Origin: Geosiphon pyriformis uo1
Taxonomy: Eukaryota; Fungi; Glomeromycota
NCBI GenBank assembly: GCA_016748015.1
Contig: JAAOMT010000233.1
Location: 65,422 to 129,421 of the forward strand
Length of the DNA: 64,000 bases
Direction of reading: 5' to 3'
Shown: positions 37,101-51,203 of the stretch, piece by piece
Position numbering within the stretch: the stretch's first letter is position 1
How the letters are laid out: each line of letters begins with the position of its first letter
The notes under the pieces: model-generated
Seen by the model: only the letters and a program-made list of their open reading frames with translations
What the model was told of the DNA's origin: nothing
The model's database searches: none
Made by a program: the position numbers and the translations under genes

Positions 37101-40100
37101 CAAAGAACATTGTACTTGCTACACATCAATGAGATCCTGTCAGAAAAAATTTTGGAGAGAATCTTGCAAGCTGTCTTAATCAAAGCTATAGGACAAGTAT
37201 TAGTAAGCACGCCTTCTTATTCATAAGGCTTAGGAATCATCAAAACCCAAGTCTCTCTCCAAACACCAGGAATTGATTTATCAAAAAGACAAGAATTGAT
37301 GAGCACTAAGAGCATATTGAGAGCTGAACTGTCACAATGCTTCCAGAGTTCGTTGGAAATGCCTGAAAGACCAGCAGCTTTCCCATTAGGCAGATTGGAG
37401 ACCACACCAAATAATTCAACAAAACTAATACAGTCCATGATATTGAAAAAGGTGCCATTAAAAACATGTTCCAGAGGCTGATATTGACAAGACCAATCCT
37501 CAGACACATTATGAACCACACCCTACTTCCATGTCCAACCCTCCATTATCTTATTCACTTTATCTTTAACATGATCAGACTCTAAGATCAGCTCTTTACC
37601 CACCATCAAATGATCTAAAACGACTTTGTAAAAGGGCCGCTCCAAGACACTCCTGATAGTATGACCTTTGTCTGACTCAAAGCTCTCCATTCTTTTATTG
37701 ATAGCAGACTTAATATAAGAATTCTCAGCACATTTAGACTTTAGCAACTTAGAAGCACAATAAGATTTCCTGATTTTTGAAAGAACAGATCATATATTAT
37801 TCAAAGGGAAGCCTGAGAGAAAAAGAGATTTTACCAACAAAGCATTGACAGAATCAAGCAGAATCTAAGTTTCTAGCAGCGAAGTGAATACATTACAATC
37901 GATCAACCAGAAAGCTTTAACCAATTTAGATACCAGCAGTTTCAATCTATGAAACCTGGATGAGGTTTTGGTAAAAACACCATCATATTCCTTGAACCAT
38001 TTTTTTTTGAAAACCACATTTGCCGAAAAACACAATGTTTTACGAACAGCATTCCACATAGCATCCAGATCTGAACACATTTTGGCATTCAAGAAATCAT
38101 CATAGAGCATAGTATCATTAGCTACTGTTTTATCCTTAAACTTTGACCATAAAGCATTATCAGTATCTTTAAAATTGTACTTCCAATAATCCTTATTCAC
38201 CTATTTACGCAATGAGTTTAATTGCACATCCAGCAAATCACCAAGACTCACAGAAACAAAAACAGCCTTATGATCAGTATCGAAAAACTCCTTAATGCCA
38301 GTCACACCACAATCTGAAATCGCATTAACTAGATTCAATGATACAAACACGTAGTCAATAATTTTGACAACTCTCCAAGAATTGTTTCACATAGCTTCCT
38401 TTCCATATGAGCTCCCACCCAAGGAGTTAACCAAACCTAAATTAAAACATTTTTTGAAACTTGCACTTTTATGAAAACTATCTTCATTGAAATCGCCACC
38501 CAGGATGATAAAAAAAAACCCATTCACCACTCTTGCAATCAGAGAATTAACATTATCTGCCTAAAAGAAACAAACCACCAAAGAAGCTCCAGCATACAGC
38601 TCCAAAACTAACACAGAAAGATTATTTTTGAAAAGGAGCCTGAGAGAAAGAAGCTGGCCAGGAATATCCAAAACTTTGCATACATGCCAAGCCAAAAAAT
38701 TGTTCATAATGATCGCAACTCTGGAACCCAAGTGACCAGAATCCAAACCAGAAGTAAAAACCCAAACACCATCAAACTTGCTCATGATCCAAGGACAGAT
38801 CTTACCTTTCAACTTAGTTTCAGTAACAATCAAAATCACATTGTTCATTTCTTTATGCCAATGAATAATATCATCCTGTTTCGCAGGATTGTTCATTTCC
38901 CTAATGTTACATGTTGCAACTTTCTAAACCAAACTGTTCATTAAGACTTGAAAGACAATGACGACTCCAAGCCAGCAAACAACTGATTAAATCTTACCAA
39001 AATAGAATTTACCAAAACTTCCAGAGCCACAAATTTAGATTTAAGACTGCCCAACTTGGAAGTTAAGACCTTAAAACTGTTCAAGCCAAGAACTGAACCA
39101 TCAGTAGCAATAGAAAGGGGGGTATCAGAAAAATTATCTGGACTATTCAAGACCATATCAAAAAAGGAATTTGAATTTGCAACCACAGACGGAACTGAAG
39201 CAAAAGATTGAGAAACAGACATAGCAGGGGTTTCATTTGAAACAGGCACCAAAAGCACCAACCTGGCACCATTTAGGCATTTTAGTATACATAATACTTG
39301 GTTTAACAGGAGCCCCAAAAATCATTCTAAAGATGACAAGCATTCATTCAAAGCAGAGTTAAGCAAAAAAATAAAAAGAGGCAGACCACCAGAGAAAGAA
39401 AGACTTGAATTAGAACCAACAGAAAGACCAGAAGACATAAATGCAGAAGAAATAACCTAAGCCCACAATTTACCGTCAAAGGCAGTTAGGCAAAAGATGG
39501 GAACACTCTTTTTCACATACAACTTGGTAAGTTGGAGGCGATTCTCATCCAAAATGACCCACTTTATAAATGATTTTGGAGGCTTGGGAGTGGAAGCAAT
39601 TTCAGCATCACACTCCAAAACTGAATGACCAAGCTTCTCACACCTATCACACCAAACAAGACCCAATCTAGCCCAAGAAAGCTTCACTCCACCAAGAATT
39701 AGAACCATGCAAAAAGCCAACTCCAATATTTTGTCAGACTTAAAGCCAACCACAGCACAGTGAGTTCTATTGCCACTTTCTAATGACCAATTAATGACAC
39801 ATGTCTTCCCACCAGCCTCTTCCAAAAGATTTCCAAGATCATGCACAGTTGTACCCACAGGCAAAGTAAACAAAAGCGCCCTAAACCAATCCCTTGATGC
39901 CCATGTCTCACAATCTCCCACAGCTTTGGCCATGCGTACTGAATTTTTACTGATCAAGAATGACCACTTAGCTGCCAACAGATCTGCTTGACTCAATTCG
40001 GCAAACTCCATCACAGCTTTCTGTCACAGCCCAATAAGTTGCAATCAGATTGACACCACTTAACCAAACTCAAAAAGAGCTGCAATAATCATTCTCTTTG

Positions 40101-40955
40101 GTGTATTCATGAAAATTTTCTTTATTACTATGGCCTGATCTAAATGAATTCCTTGTTTCTTAAGATTGGTGTTTACGGTGATCCCCTCTTCTCTGACCAA
40201 TGATGTGGTCTTTTCCATGCTGATCTTTGAAGTGAAGGTAGATCTGATGATTCTCTTAAATTTTGAGGGGGTAGTGGCCCCCCTAAAACCATTGATTTTC
40301 AAAAATAATTTTCTGATGATCTGAGTATTGGCTGTAGCCAATTTGTCTTCTATAGTTGAGAGATTAATATCCAGAGCAAAAGATTTTTTCACAGCAACTT
40401 CTACTTGAGTTTTGACTATTTTGGGATCTAACCACTTTCTTTCCAAAGAAATACCAAGAGAGGGAGAGAGAAAACTACCATCATCATCATTCATGTCATA
40501 ATTTAAAGAACCAAAAGGGGAACTATAGACCAAATTATTTTTAACTCTCTTTGCCTTAGGAGTAGTAACAGCTGAACCAAGAAAAAACTTATTACTACTA
40601 CTAATCAGGACATCATCAACAATATTACTACTAGAATCATTTTCCATATTAGAGTACATGCCTCCATCAGAATGAGGTTTGGCCAAAGAAACTCTACCTT
40701 TAACACCAAAATGCTTGATATTGCGAAAAGAAACTCTTTTCTTTTGTGAAAAGGAGCCATCAGCAAGACCAGAGGAAGCACCCAAGGGGGCTTTCGAACC
40801 TGATGAACTGCTACTAGAGGCAGCCTCCATATCCACAACAAATGGGTTATGTGTAAAAGAAATAGTGAAATAAAACAGATAGAAAAAACAAAAAACTTCT
40901 TTCAAAATTGTGCTCTTTAGGGAATTTGGGATGTATAAAAGAAAAAAGTTTTTTA
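34138..40955 (-). mobile_element. LINE-D, full-length decayed LINE
   Basis: ORF1 ~38941-40830 (CDRCEKLGHSVLEC). ORF2 ~34253-38941 with APE, RT (TFVDNTIW) and RNase H (YTDSS, AELQA, VKGHSGVVGNEYAD). Family 5' and 3' ends present. Confidence 0.94.
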
Positions 40956-42170
40956 CATATTTTAAATTAAAATTAAATTATAATTAATTAAGTAAAATAC
41001 TATAATAAACTTTAGTAAAATTTTTTATTATTTTTTAAGTATTTACTTTTTTTTAAATAATAATTAACTTAGTAAAATATATAATACAAAAAATTTAAAA
41101 AGATTTTTTAGAATTCTTAAGTTTAATTAAAAACAAAAAATTATTACTTTTGTTAATATTTTTATTAATAGTGTTTTGGTTTTTGTAAATAAAAATATTA
41201 AATATGATATATATTTTTTGAATAAGTTTTTATAATTTAATGCTAATATATATATAATATATCTAAAAACTTTATTAATTTAGTTAATAATTAATTTGTA
41301 ATTTTTGTTGTTATTTATAAATTTATTTATTCATAATAATTAAATCTTAATTATTTATTATATTTTTAAAAATAATTAATTTTACTTAATTTATTAAAAC
41401 ATTATAAATAATTTAAAAAAAATATATATAGTTAAAAAATGAGTTTTTTTAAATTATAATATGTTCAAACTATTTTATTTTAAATTAATATTCATAAATT
41501 AAAATTTAATTTATTTAAAAAATTTAATAATAATTATTTAAAGTTTTAAAATTTTGTAAATTTGTTATTTAGTTTTAATTTTGTTATTATTCAAATAATA
41601 TTCAACTTATTAATATATTAATTATAAGTATAGCTTTTATTTAGTTTGTGTTAATTATTAAAAAAATTTTTTTATTGTTTTACAATTTTAAAAATTATAA
41701 AATAATATTTAAGAACACAAAAAAGACTTAAATTTTAACCAATCAATTATATTATTTTTAACAAAAAAATTAGATTGCTTTAATATATATATTATAAAAT
41801 TTTAGCAGTTTGTATATAATATGATTAAAAAAAATATTAATTAACTAATTTTGTTTTAATTTGTAAAATAATATTTAAAATTTGTTATTAATTTTACCAA
41901 ATATTAATATACTAAATAAAACTAATAAAATACAATTTAATATAATAATTAATTTTATATTTGTTTAATTTTTTGTAAATAATTGATTATTAATTTTAAA
42001 ATAATCTAATATAAATTAATATAATTTGCTATAAATTTTTTATAAAACTAAAAAAATTTTATTAATAAAATAATAATTTTTTTTAATATTATAAAAAATT
42101 TGATTATTTTTTGGTCAAATTTTTTATAACAATTTTGTTTTTAATAAGAATTATTGTTTAATATTTAATT

Positions 42171-44907
42171 TTGTTTTTAGTTTTAATTATATTATTAAAA
42201 TTTAAACTGCTAAATTAAATATAATTATAAAAATATTAATTATTTAAAAATTATTTTTTGTTTTATTATTTAAAATTTTGTAGTTTAACATAATATTTTT
42301 TTGTTAAAAAATAATATTTTATATTATTAATAATTAATAAATATTTTATTGTTTTAAATTTTTTTTTAATATTATATTATATTATTAATCTTAAATTATA
42401 GTTGTATAATTTACTAATTAATTAGAATATATATAATTAAGTATTTTTATATATTTGAAAATATTGGTTTTTTTAATTTATTTTAAGTTAAATTTTTTGA
42501 ATATATATTATTTTTTTTAAAAATATTTTTATAAATTTTAATAATATTTAAATTTGTCAATTNNNNNNNNNNNNNNNNNNNNNNNNNNNNNNNNNNNNNN
42601 NNNNNNNNNNNNNNNNNNNNNNNNNNNNNNNNNNNNNNNNNNNNNNNNNNNNNNNNNNNNNNNNNNNNNNNNNNNNNNNNNNNNNNNNNNNNNNNNNNNN
42701 NNNNNNNNNNNNNNNNNNNNNNNNNNNNNNNNNNNNNNNNNNNNNNNNNNNNNNNNNNNNNNNNNNNNNNNNNNNNNNNNNNNNNNNNNNNNNNNNNNNN
42801 NNNNNNNNNNNNNNNNNNNNNNNNNNNNNNNNNNNNNNNNNNNNNNNNNNNNNNNNNNNNNNNNNNNNNNNNNNNNNNNNNNNNNNNNNNNNNNNNNNNN
42901 NNNNNNNNNNNNNNNNNNNNNNNNNNNNNNNNNNNNNNNNNNNNNNNNNNNNNNNNNNNNNNNNNNNNNNNNNNNNNNNNNNNNNNNNNNNNNNNNNNNN
43001 NNNNNNNNNNNNNNNNNNNNNNNNNNNNNNNNNNNNNNNNNNNNNNNNNNNNNNNNNNNNNNNNNNNNNNNNNNNNNNNNNNNNNNNNNNNNNNNNNNNN
43101 NNNNNNNNNNNNNNNNNNNNNNNNNNNNNNNNNNNNNNNNNNNNNNNNNNNNNNNNNNNNNNNNNNNAGTATTATCTATAATTTTTAGATAATAATCCAA
43201 AATAATTAAAGTAATTTGGTGTAAAATTGTTGAAATTTCAGTTCAATAAGCTTTGCAATATATATTGAATCTTCAATTATAAATAGAATTTGTTTGGTAC
43301 TAGTTTTCATGTCAAGTGGTTGTTTTTTCAATACTTAATTCGCAAGTTTTCTATGTTATATGCTTGAGAATTGATCATTTAAGTGATTATCTAGAATTTT
43401 AAAACATGTAAATAAACAAATTTTAATAAAATAAAATAAATTAATTTTTATTATGCTATCTTGGAAAAAGAGGTTTTACTGCTTGTTTTTAGTTTTAATT
43501 ATATTATTAAAATTTAAACTGCTAAATTAAATATAATTATAAAAATATTAATTATTTAAAAATTATTTTTTGTTTTATTATTTAAAATTTTGTAGTTTAA
43601 CATAATATTTTTTTGTTAAAAAATAATATTTTATATTATTAATAATTAATAAATATTTTATTGTTTTAAATTTTTTTTTAATATTATATTATATTATTAA
43701 TCTTAAATTATAGTTGTATAATTTACTAATTAATTAGAATATATATAATTAAGTATTTTTATATATTTGAAAATATTGGTTTTTTTAATTTATTTTAAGT
43801 TAAATTTTTTGAATATATATTATTTTTTTTAAAAATATTTTTATAAATTTTAATAATATTTAAATTTGTCAATTTTTATTAATAATTTGTTAAAAATTAT
43901 TTAAATATAATGATATTATTTGTTTAACAAAAAAACTATTTGTATAGTTATCTTAAATTAAAAATATATTAAATTTTTGATAAATTATTTATTTTCAAAG
44001 TATTTTTTTATATTTTAAACTATATATGCTGTTAAACTTATAATAAAATTAAAAAATAAATTAATTTCAGTTAATAATTAATTAATTTTTAAGTTTTAAT
44101 TAGAAATATTTTAATTTTAAAGAGAAATATTATTAACAAAATTTGGTTTTTTAAACAAAAATTTATTTTATTAATTTATAATAATTAATTAATTTTAAAA
44201 TAAATTATATTGAGATATAATATTTTTTTAAGAGAAAATCTCTTTTTTTATACATTTAATTATAGTACTATTTCAAGTTTTAACATTTTTTTGTTAATAT
44301 TTTTATGAATTTTTTAAAAACTAAATATTTTGCTGAATTTTTAAATATTTTAAATGTTACATAATTTGAAATTTTACATAATTTATTTATTATACTTATG
44401 TATTATACAAACTGGATTATTAATTAAATAATAATATTTAATAATTTAACCAAATAATAAGTGATAAATTAAAATAGTATTATATGTTAATTGATAATAA
44501 GAATTATAAAGATAATTTTATGCTAATTAATAATTTAATTTTAGCTTGCTAACATAATTTTCTTTTTAAAACTAAACTTTGTTAAAGTCCAAGTATTATC
44601 TATAATTTTTAGATAATAATCCAAAATAATTAAAGTAATTTGGTGTAAAATTGTTGAAATTTCAGTTCAATAAGCTTTGCAATATATATTGAATCTTCAA
44701 TTATAAATAGAATTTGTTTGGTACTAGTTTTCATGTCAAGTGGTTGTTTTTTCAATACTTAATTCGCAAGTTTTCTATGTTATATGCTTGAGAATTGATC
44801 ATTTAAGTGATTATCTAGAATTTTAAAACATGTAAATAAACAAATTTTAATAAAATAAAATAAATTAATTTTTATTATGCTATCTTGGAAAAAGAGGTTT
44901 TACTGCT
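42171..44907. repeat. Apparent ~1.4 kb tandem duplication spanning the scaffold gap
   Basis: 42171-42562 matches 43483-43875, and 43168-43483 matches 44592-44907. N-run at 42563-43167. Confidence 0.85.
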
Positions 44908-45255
44908 ATTTTTATTTAAATAATTATTATTGAAAATTTACTGTATTTTAAATAAATTATAAAAATAATTGAATTATAATTCTAACTAATTCCTATAAAA
45001 TCGAACGCATTCAGGCAATCTTTAACGAATTTAAAATTCCTCCTCCAAAAAAACGCGTCGTATTCTTGCCTTTCCATTTCTAACTTGTGATACGAGATTT
45101 CTCTAAATGGGAATTGTGATCGTGTATCATCGATATTTTTTTTCTCTAATTAAACACCAAACAAACGATTTGAAGACATAACTTTTCCCAAGTTGTCTGA
45201 CAAAATACCGGCACTCATTTAAAAAAACACCTTTTTTGACGACCTCGCTAGCGGA

Positions 45256-46784
45256 ATGACTACACTCTCCGGTACAACAAATACTCTCGCCGAAATTGAC
45301 CTTCTTAAAAAACATCATGGCGAGATAATATACGACTCTCAGGCTTTCGTGTCCAAGATAAATCGAAAGAACGCTGCTTTAAACCGCGAGATAGTAGACT
45401 CTTACACTGGAATGTGGAACAAAGACAAGAAGGACATTGAAGATAGGGAGACTATCCAGAAAAGACAAGAACAAGCGCAACACATGGCCAATGCCTTTTA
45501 TGACATTGTAACTGACTTTTATGAATATGGTAAGTTCAACCTGACAATTTTCCGAGTTAATATCAATTAAAATCATCTTTAATAAATCTTTTTAATTATG
45601 AATAAATCATAAATTAAATTTTAATAGGATGGGGGGAATCTTTTCATTTCGCTCGTTGTTACAAAGGTGACACCTTTGACCAGTCTATCAAGCGTCATGA
45701 ACAATTTTTGGCGTTAAAGCTTGGATTGAACGAGAAACATCGAACTCTTGTAAGTTCGATTTGTTTATAATAATACATCTCCTATGGAAATGATAGTAAT
45801 GTTCCCTTTCTTAGGACGTTGGATGTGGGGTCGGTGGACCTCTTCGTGAAATCGCACGGTTATCTCGTGCCCACGTGACTGGTCTTAACAATAATGCTTA
45901 TCAGATTGAGAGATGCAAAGCTTATTCAAAGAAGCTCGGTTTAGAAAAAAATACCGATTTTGTCAAGGTAAATCCTCTGGCTAATTTCTTATTGGTTCTT
46001 CCTTAGTTTTAAAAATATCATGTGATATTACAGGGTGATTTCACTAATATCCCCCATGAATTGGATGGTAAATTTGATTCCGCTTATGCGATTGAAGCGA
46101 CTGTTCACTCTCCAAAGCTTGAGGCAGTCTATGGTGAAGTTTTACGCACTTTGAAACCTGGTGGTTTGTTTTTCACTTATGAATGGGTTACTACGCCGAA
46201 ATACGATGAAAACAACCCCGAACATAAGAGCATCGTTTATGGTATTGAGGTAAAAGATTAATTTATATTATCCATGCCAATTTAGCTTGAAAATTTATTT
46301 CTCTGCTTGATTAATCAAAATTTGATGCGTGGTTTATTTAATTTTAAAAGCAAGGAAATTCCATTCCTAAAATGAGCTCATACGAGCAGGCTCTTGAAGC
46401 CGCCAAAAATGTTGGATTTGAAGTTATTGAATATGAGGATCTTTCGACTTTGGATGATGGTCTGGTTCCTTGGTACAACACTTTGAAAGGCCAAATATCT
46501 TTTTCTGGATTTAGAATGACTCGATTTGGAAGATGGTAAATATTAAGAGTTAATTTTTAAAGTAAAATTAAAATTTAACCAATTAAAGAATCTATTTTAA
46601 ATTTCATATCAGGACTACCAAAAAATTTGTCTCCCTTCTTGAATTGCTTCGCATAGCAGCTCCGGGGTCGGCAGAAGTAGCCAATTTCTTGAATAGCGCA
46701 GCCGATGCATTGGTATTAGGTGGTGAAACGGAGATTTTTACTCCAATGTTTTATATTCTGCTCCGAAAGCCCAATCAAAATTAA
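45256..46784 (+). CDS. ERG6: Sterol 24-C-methyltransferase, 6 exons: 45256-45529, 45628-45749, 45815-45967, 46034-46249, 46351-46535, 46613-46784 (373 aa)
   Basis: Five GT-AG introns join into one open frame containing FYEYGWGESFHFAR, LDVGCGVGGP, GLNNNAYQ, IEATVHSP, LKPGG, YEW and IFTPMF..RKP. Confidence 0.96.
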
Positions 46785-48739
46785 TTAATACTTTTCGTCA
46801 ATACCCATAAAGTCATATCAGCTTAGAAAAATTCACACAACCTATTTAACATTGAATTTTTAGATAAATATTATAATTTTTGGGAAGTTTTATTTTTGGA
46901 TAACTTAAAATACTTTATGGCAATTTCACACTATTAATACGTAATATTAATTTTATATTAACTGATTTTTTCACGTCAAATGATAGTATTTTTGGCTGTT
47001 AAGAGTTTACAATTAAAATATTTATTTTAATTATACTTTATAATATTTCCTTGTGAGCAAAAATAATTGAAACATAAAAAGATATTAGATTGTAACCCCG
47101 AAACAAAGGTTAATATAATGTGGTTGGACTACACCTTCGGCAAATAATAATGTATAATAAAAATTAATTAATATTTTATTTTATAATATTTATATTTATT
47201 ATTTATTAAGTTATTTTTTATATTACACGATTATTTTAAATTAATATTAATATTAATAACTTAACACAAAATATTATTTAAAATAATAAATAAATATTTA
47301 ATAAAAATTGGTTTATATAAATAATAATTCAAAAACTTTTTTTATTGCCAAAAAGCCATTTAAACATATATCTTTAATTGAACTTTTTATTTTTAAAATT
47401 TTTTATTTACAATTATCTTAATAAGTTTTTTATACTGTTTAAGCTAAAAAATTCAGAGTTTTTTGCTTGAAAAATTTTTTTTGGCTAAGCAAACAAATAT
47501 ATTTTAATAAAAATTAAATTGAAAATAAATTAAATTATAAATTTAAAATAAGTTTTACAATATAAATTGTTATTTCGTTAATTAAACATATAAATAAAAT
47601 AAAAAATAGACTTTTAAAAATAAAAATTTTATTTAAAAACAAAATTATTATTATTAGAATATATTAAATAACAATAAAATTTTTTTTTATATTTTATGAT
47701 TATAACTAAAATAAAAAAAACAACTTTTATTTTACTTATAATTTTTACAATAAAAACAGCTAAATAATATTTTATTAAAGTAGTTTTCTTAAATAATACA
47801 AATATAAAATAGTTTTTAACTATTAAAAAAACATTTTTTTATTCTTAAATAAAAGTTTTCTTTATTTAAATTTTTTTTAAGCAATTAATTAAAACTAGCT
47901 CTATTGTTATTATTATTATTATTATAAAAGTTTTAAATTTTTTAATTATAAGTTAATAGTAAAACTATCTTTTTTTTAATAATTTTTTTTAATATTATTT
48001 TTAATTATTATAATAATATTAATTATAGTATTTAATTTGTTTTAAACAATAGTTTTTTCTGTTTTAAATAATAATAATAATAATAATATATTTGCCAAAA
48101 TTGGTTTAAATTAATATTTATTTATATTATATAATATAAATTATTAAAAAATTTAAATATTATTTTTACAATAAACTTTTTAATATTACTATTAATTACA
48201 AAAAATTTATTTAATTTATTAACAAAAATTTATTTAAAAAATAATATTCTTAATAAATTATGTTTTTACAATTTTTTAACTATATTATAATTTATAAAAA
48301 AAAAAAATACAGATTGTTTATTATATATAAGATATATTTAAATATTTTGTTTATTTAAAACCATTCTAATAAAACATAAATATTAAAAAAAAATATATAA
48401 TTTAATATTTTATAATATTACAGCTTTTAATAATATTATTATTTAAAAAGCAAATAAAAATTCAACAATAATCTAAAAACTATTTTGTATTAATATTAAT
48501 AATATTGTTTTTTTTAAAATTTATAATTATTCAAAAAAAATATTATCTTATATAATATATACTTAAATTCAACTGCTGAATATTTTAACAAAAAAATCAT
48601 AATTTAATAATTATTTAGTTTATATTATTAATTAAAAATAAATAATAATAATAATTTTTATATATAGAATTATAATATATATTAAAAACAAAAAAAAACT
48701 AAAATAATTAAACTTTTATTTTTTTTTTATTAAATGCAT

Positions 48740-49512
48740 TTAACGAGTGAAGTTCAACCACTATTTAGTACATAGAACTATACTAAGAGGCTCAAACTAA
48801 ACACAGTTCACACACTTGCTATATGTGACTAGTCACTCAGGCCAGACAAGGTAATACTATATACTTATAATGACACGTGGATTACAATTTAGCCTAGAAA
48901 AAAAAAGACAAGACCTATGATGGCCAAAACTAATAGCAAGGGAGTTGGCTATGCCAAACATTCTAACTACACTATCTGACACCATACAACATGCCAAACC
49001 TGACACCAACCTACTATCTTCAACCAAGCCAGCTCTTTCTATGTTCACCCTATGCTTAGATCTCACTAGCCAGATCCTAAAATGATATAACTCAACAAAA
49101 TGTTTTACATAATTAACAACAACACTCACAGCCTCTTTTCTATTATTAAAAACTCCAACAGCTTCCACATATCAATCCTTTATAACAAACTCCTTATACA
49201 CAACTGAGTATAGACCAACATCTAAAGAGCAAAGACCAAGGAACCACAAAACTGCAGAAGAAGAAGACAAAGCACTAGCATTCACCAAAGAGACCCATAA
49301 AGCAGAAGTCTCAGCCAAAATTTCCTCCTGAACACCAACATCCAAAGTACATGAAAAGACATGATCAGGCAGCTCCATCTTCCTACACAGTAAACATAGC
49401 ACATTAGAATAATTTTTATCATACAATCTTTTCCTAACTACTATCGGAAGCTGTTAGTATACAGCTTTTATCAAATATGAACATAAAACAAAGAACTTCT
49501 AACTAGTAGACT
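48740..49512 (-). mobile_element. 5'-truncated LINE fragment (3' end of ORF2 plus 3' UTR)
   Basis: ORFs 49172-49426 (CLLCRKMELPDHVFSC) and 48857-49168 are homologous to the LINE-C C-terminus; family 3' UTR present. Confidence 0.9.
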
Positions 49513-49809
49513 CTTAAACTTTTAAAACCAATAAAAATTAAAAAACTTTTTAATTATGTTAAAATTAATTTTGTAAAATTACTATTAATTATAACTATAT
49601 TATAGTTATTATTAACTATTTAACAAAATAACTTAAAATACAAATTATAAAAACAAATAATATTAAATTAATAATAAAATTTGTAAAATTTTAAACATAT
49701 TTGTTTAAAAAAACTATTTTTAAACCAAAAAACTTATTTTGTAAACAACTTATTATTAAAAATTAATAAACATTTTAGAATTATATAATTATTGTTATTA
49801 TTTTATTAT

Positions 49810-51203
49810 CTGTAAATTAATATGTTTAAGAATAACAAAAATTGCTAATGAAATGATAGTTTGTTTTTTTAATATTGATATGAATATAAGTATTAAAATA
49901 CATGAACTTTTATTTTTTACATTAATAAAACTTTAAGCATTTGTCTTATTATTGGAGTATGTCTTTTATTTAGCTCTATAATTGTGTATTTTAATAGTTA
50001 AATGGCCTTAAATATATGTGCTTTGGAATTTGAACTTTAAATATCTAATTTTCAAAATAAATATTGAATAAAAAAGTGTCATATAATCAATTTAATCAAG
50101 TCTAAGGATATTGTGGTTAAGTAAATAAAAGTTAAAAATTATTTAAAAAATATTAACAATAAAAAAACTAATATCTTTACATATAATATAATACATTCTA
50201 GTTTGATTTTTTCTGTTGGGATTTGTAAATATTTTGTTATGGCTGATAGTCAAATTGTGTTAGAAAATACTCACTATTTTGTTTAAGATATTTATTATAT
50301 TGACTGTTATACTTAATAGAAAGCTAATCTTTAAGCTAAAGTTATAAATAGTTCAATAATTCAAGTTATAAACTAGAATAGTATTGTTGCAGTGTAATAT
50401 CTGAATTTTTATATGTTATTAAGATTTATAAACAAAACTTTAGTTATTTTTTGCATATATTTTATAAAAGCTATTTATAAAAAATTGCCAACTGCAGTTA
50501 AAAAAACTTTATAACAGAAATTACCCAAATGTGTTATGCTTAATATGTAATAATATTGAACTGTCAGATTATGTTTTTATCTGCTTAAAAAATACTATTA
50601 TGCATTTTGAAATTTTGCTAAATTGCATAAATTAGTGAAAGTTTTTGATAAAAAACTGTTCTTTGTTTTTATCTTTGGTATTGTATATACTCTTATTAAG
50701 AATTATAAATATTGGTATTTATGTAATCTTGTGCAAAAATTTTGTTTTCAAGAACTGAATTGATAAAGCAGTCATATTCTTTAGTAACAAAAAAAAACAG
50801 TGTTAGTAGTGGTTAATTTCACCTATTATTTGGCCAAAAAACATCAGATTAAGTTGTAATTAATTAAAACAAAATTCAGAATAAACATAAAAAAAGTGGT
50901 TTAGTTAGTAATATAAGAATGGTTTTTATGGTTTTATATGATATATTTAATTTTATATATATAAGTGTTGTTTATTTATTTAATATTGTTAAGTCTTTTG
51001 CTATTAATTTTGGCTTGTATCTTTTTTTTTAAATATTAACAATGGTATAAAAGTCTATATAAATGTGTAGTATTGTCTTAATTGACTTAAGTAGCCAATT
51101 ATATATAATAAGTACATAAATTATATTTAGTTAAATTTACTTAGTTTATTTCTATATGCTAAATAATAATTGGACCATACTTGTTAAATACCAATAAAAA
51201 AAA
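49810..51203 (+). mobile_element. Highly eroded LINE 3' portion (RNase H to A-tail)
   Basis: Residual similarity to the RNase H and C-terminal region; 3' UTR-like 51071-51188 followed by an A-run. Confidence 0.7.

Noticed and set aside
42538-43200. 212-220 aa ORFs in the track
   Set aside because: Artefacts of translating the N gap.
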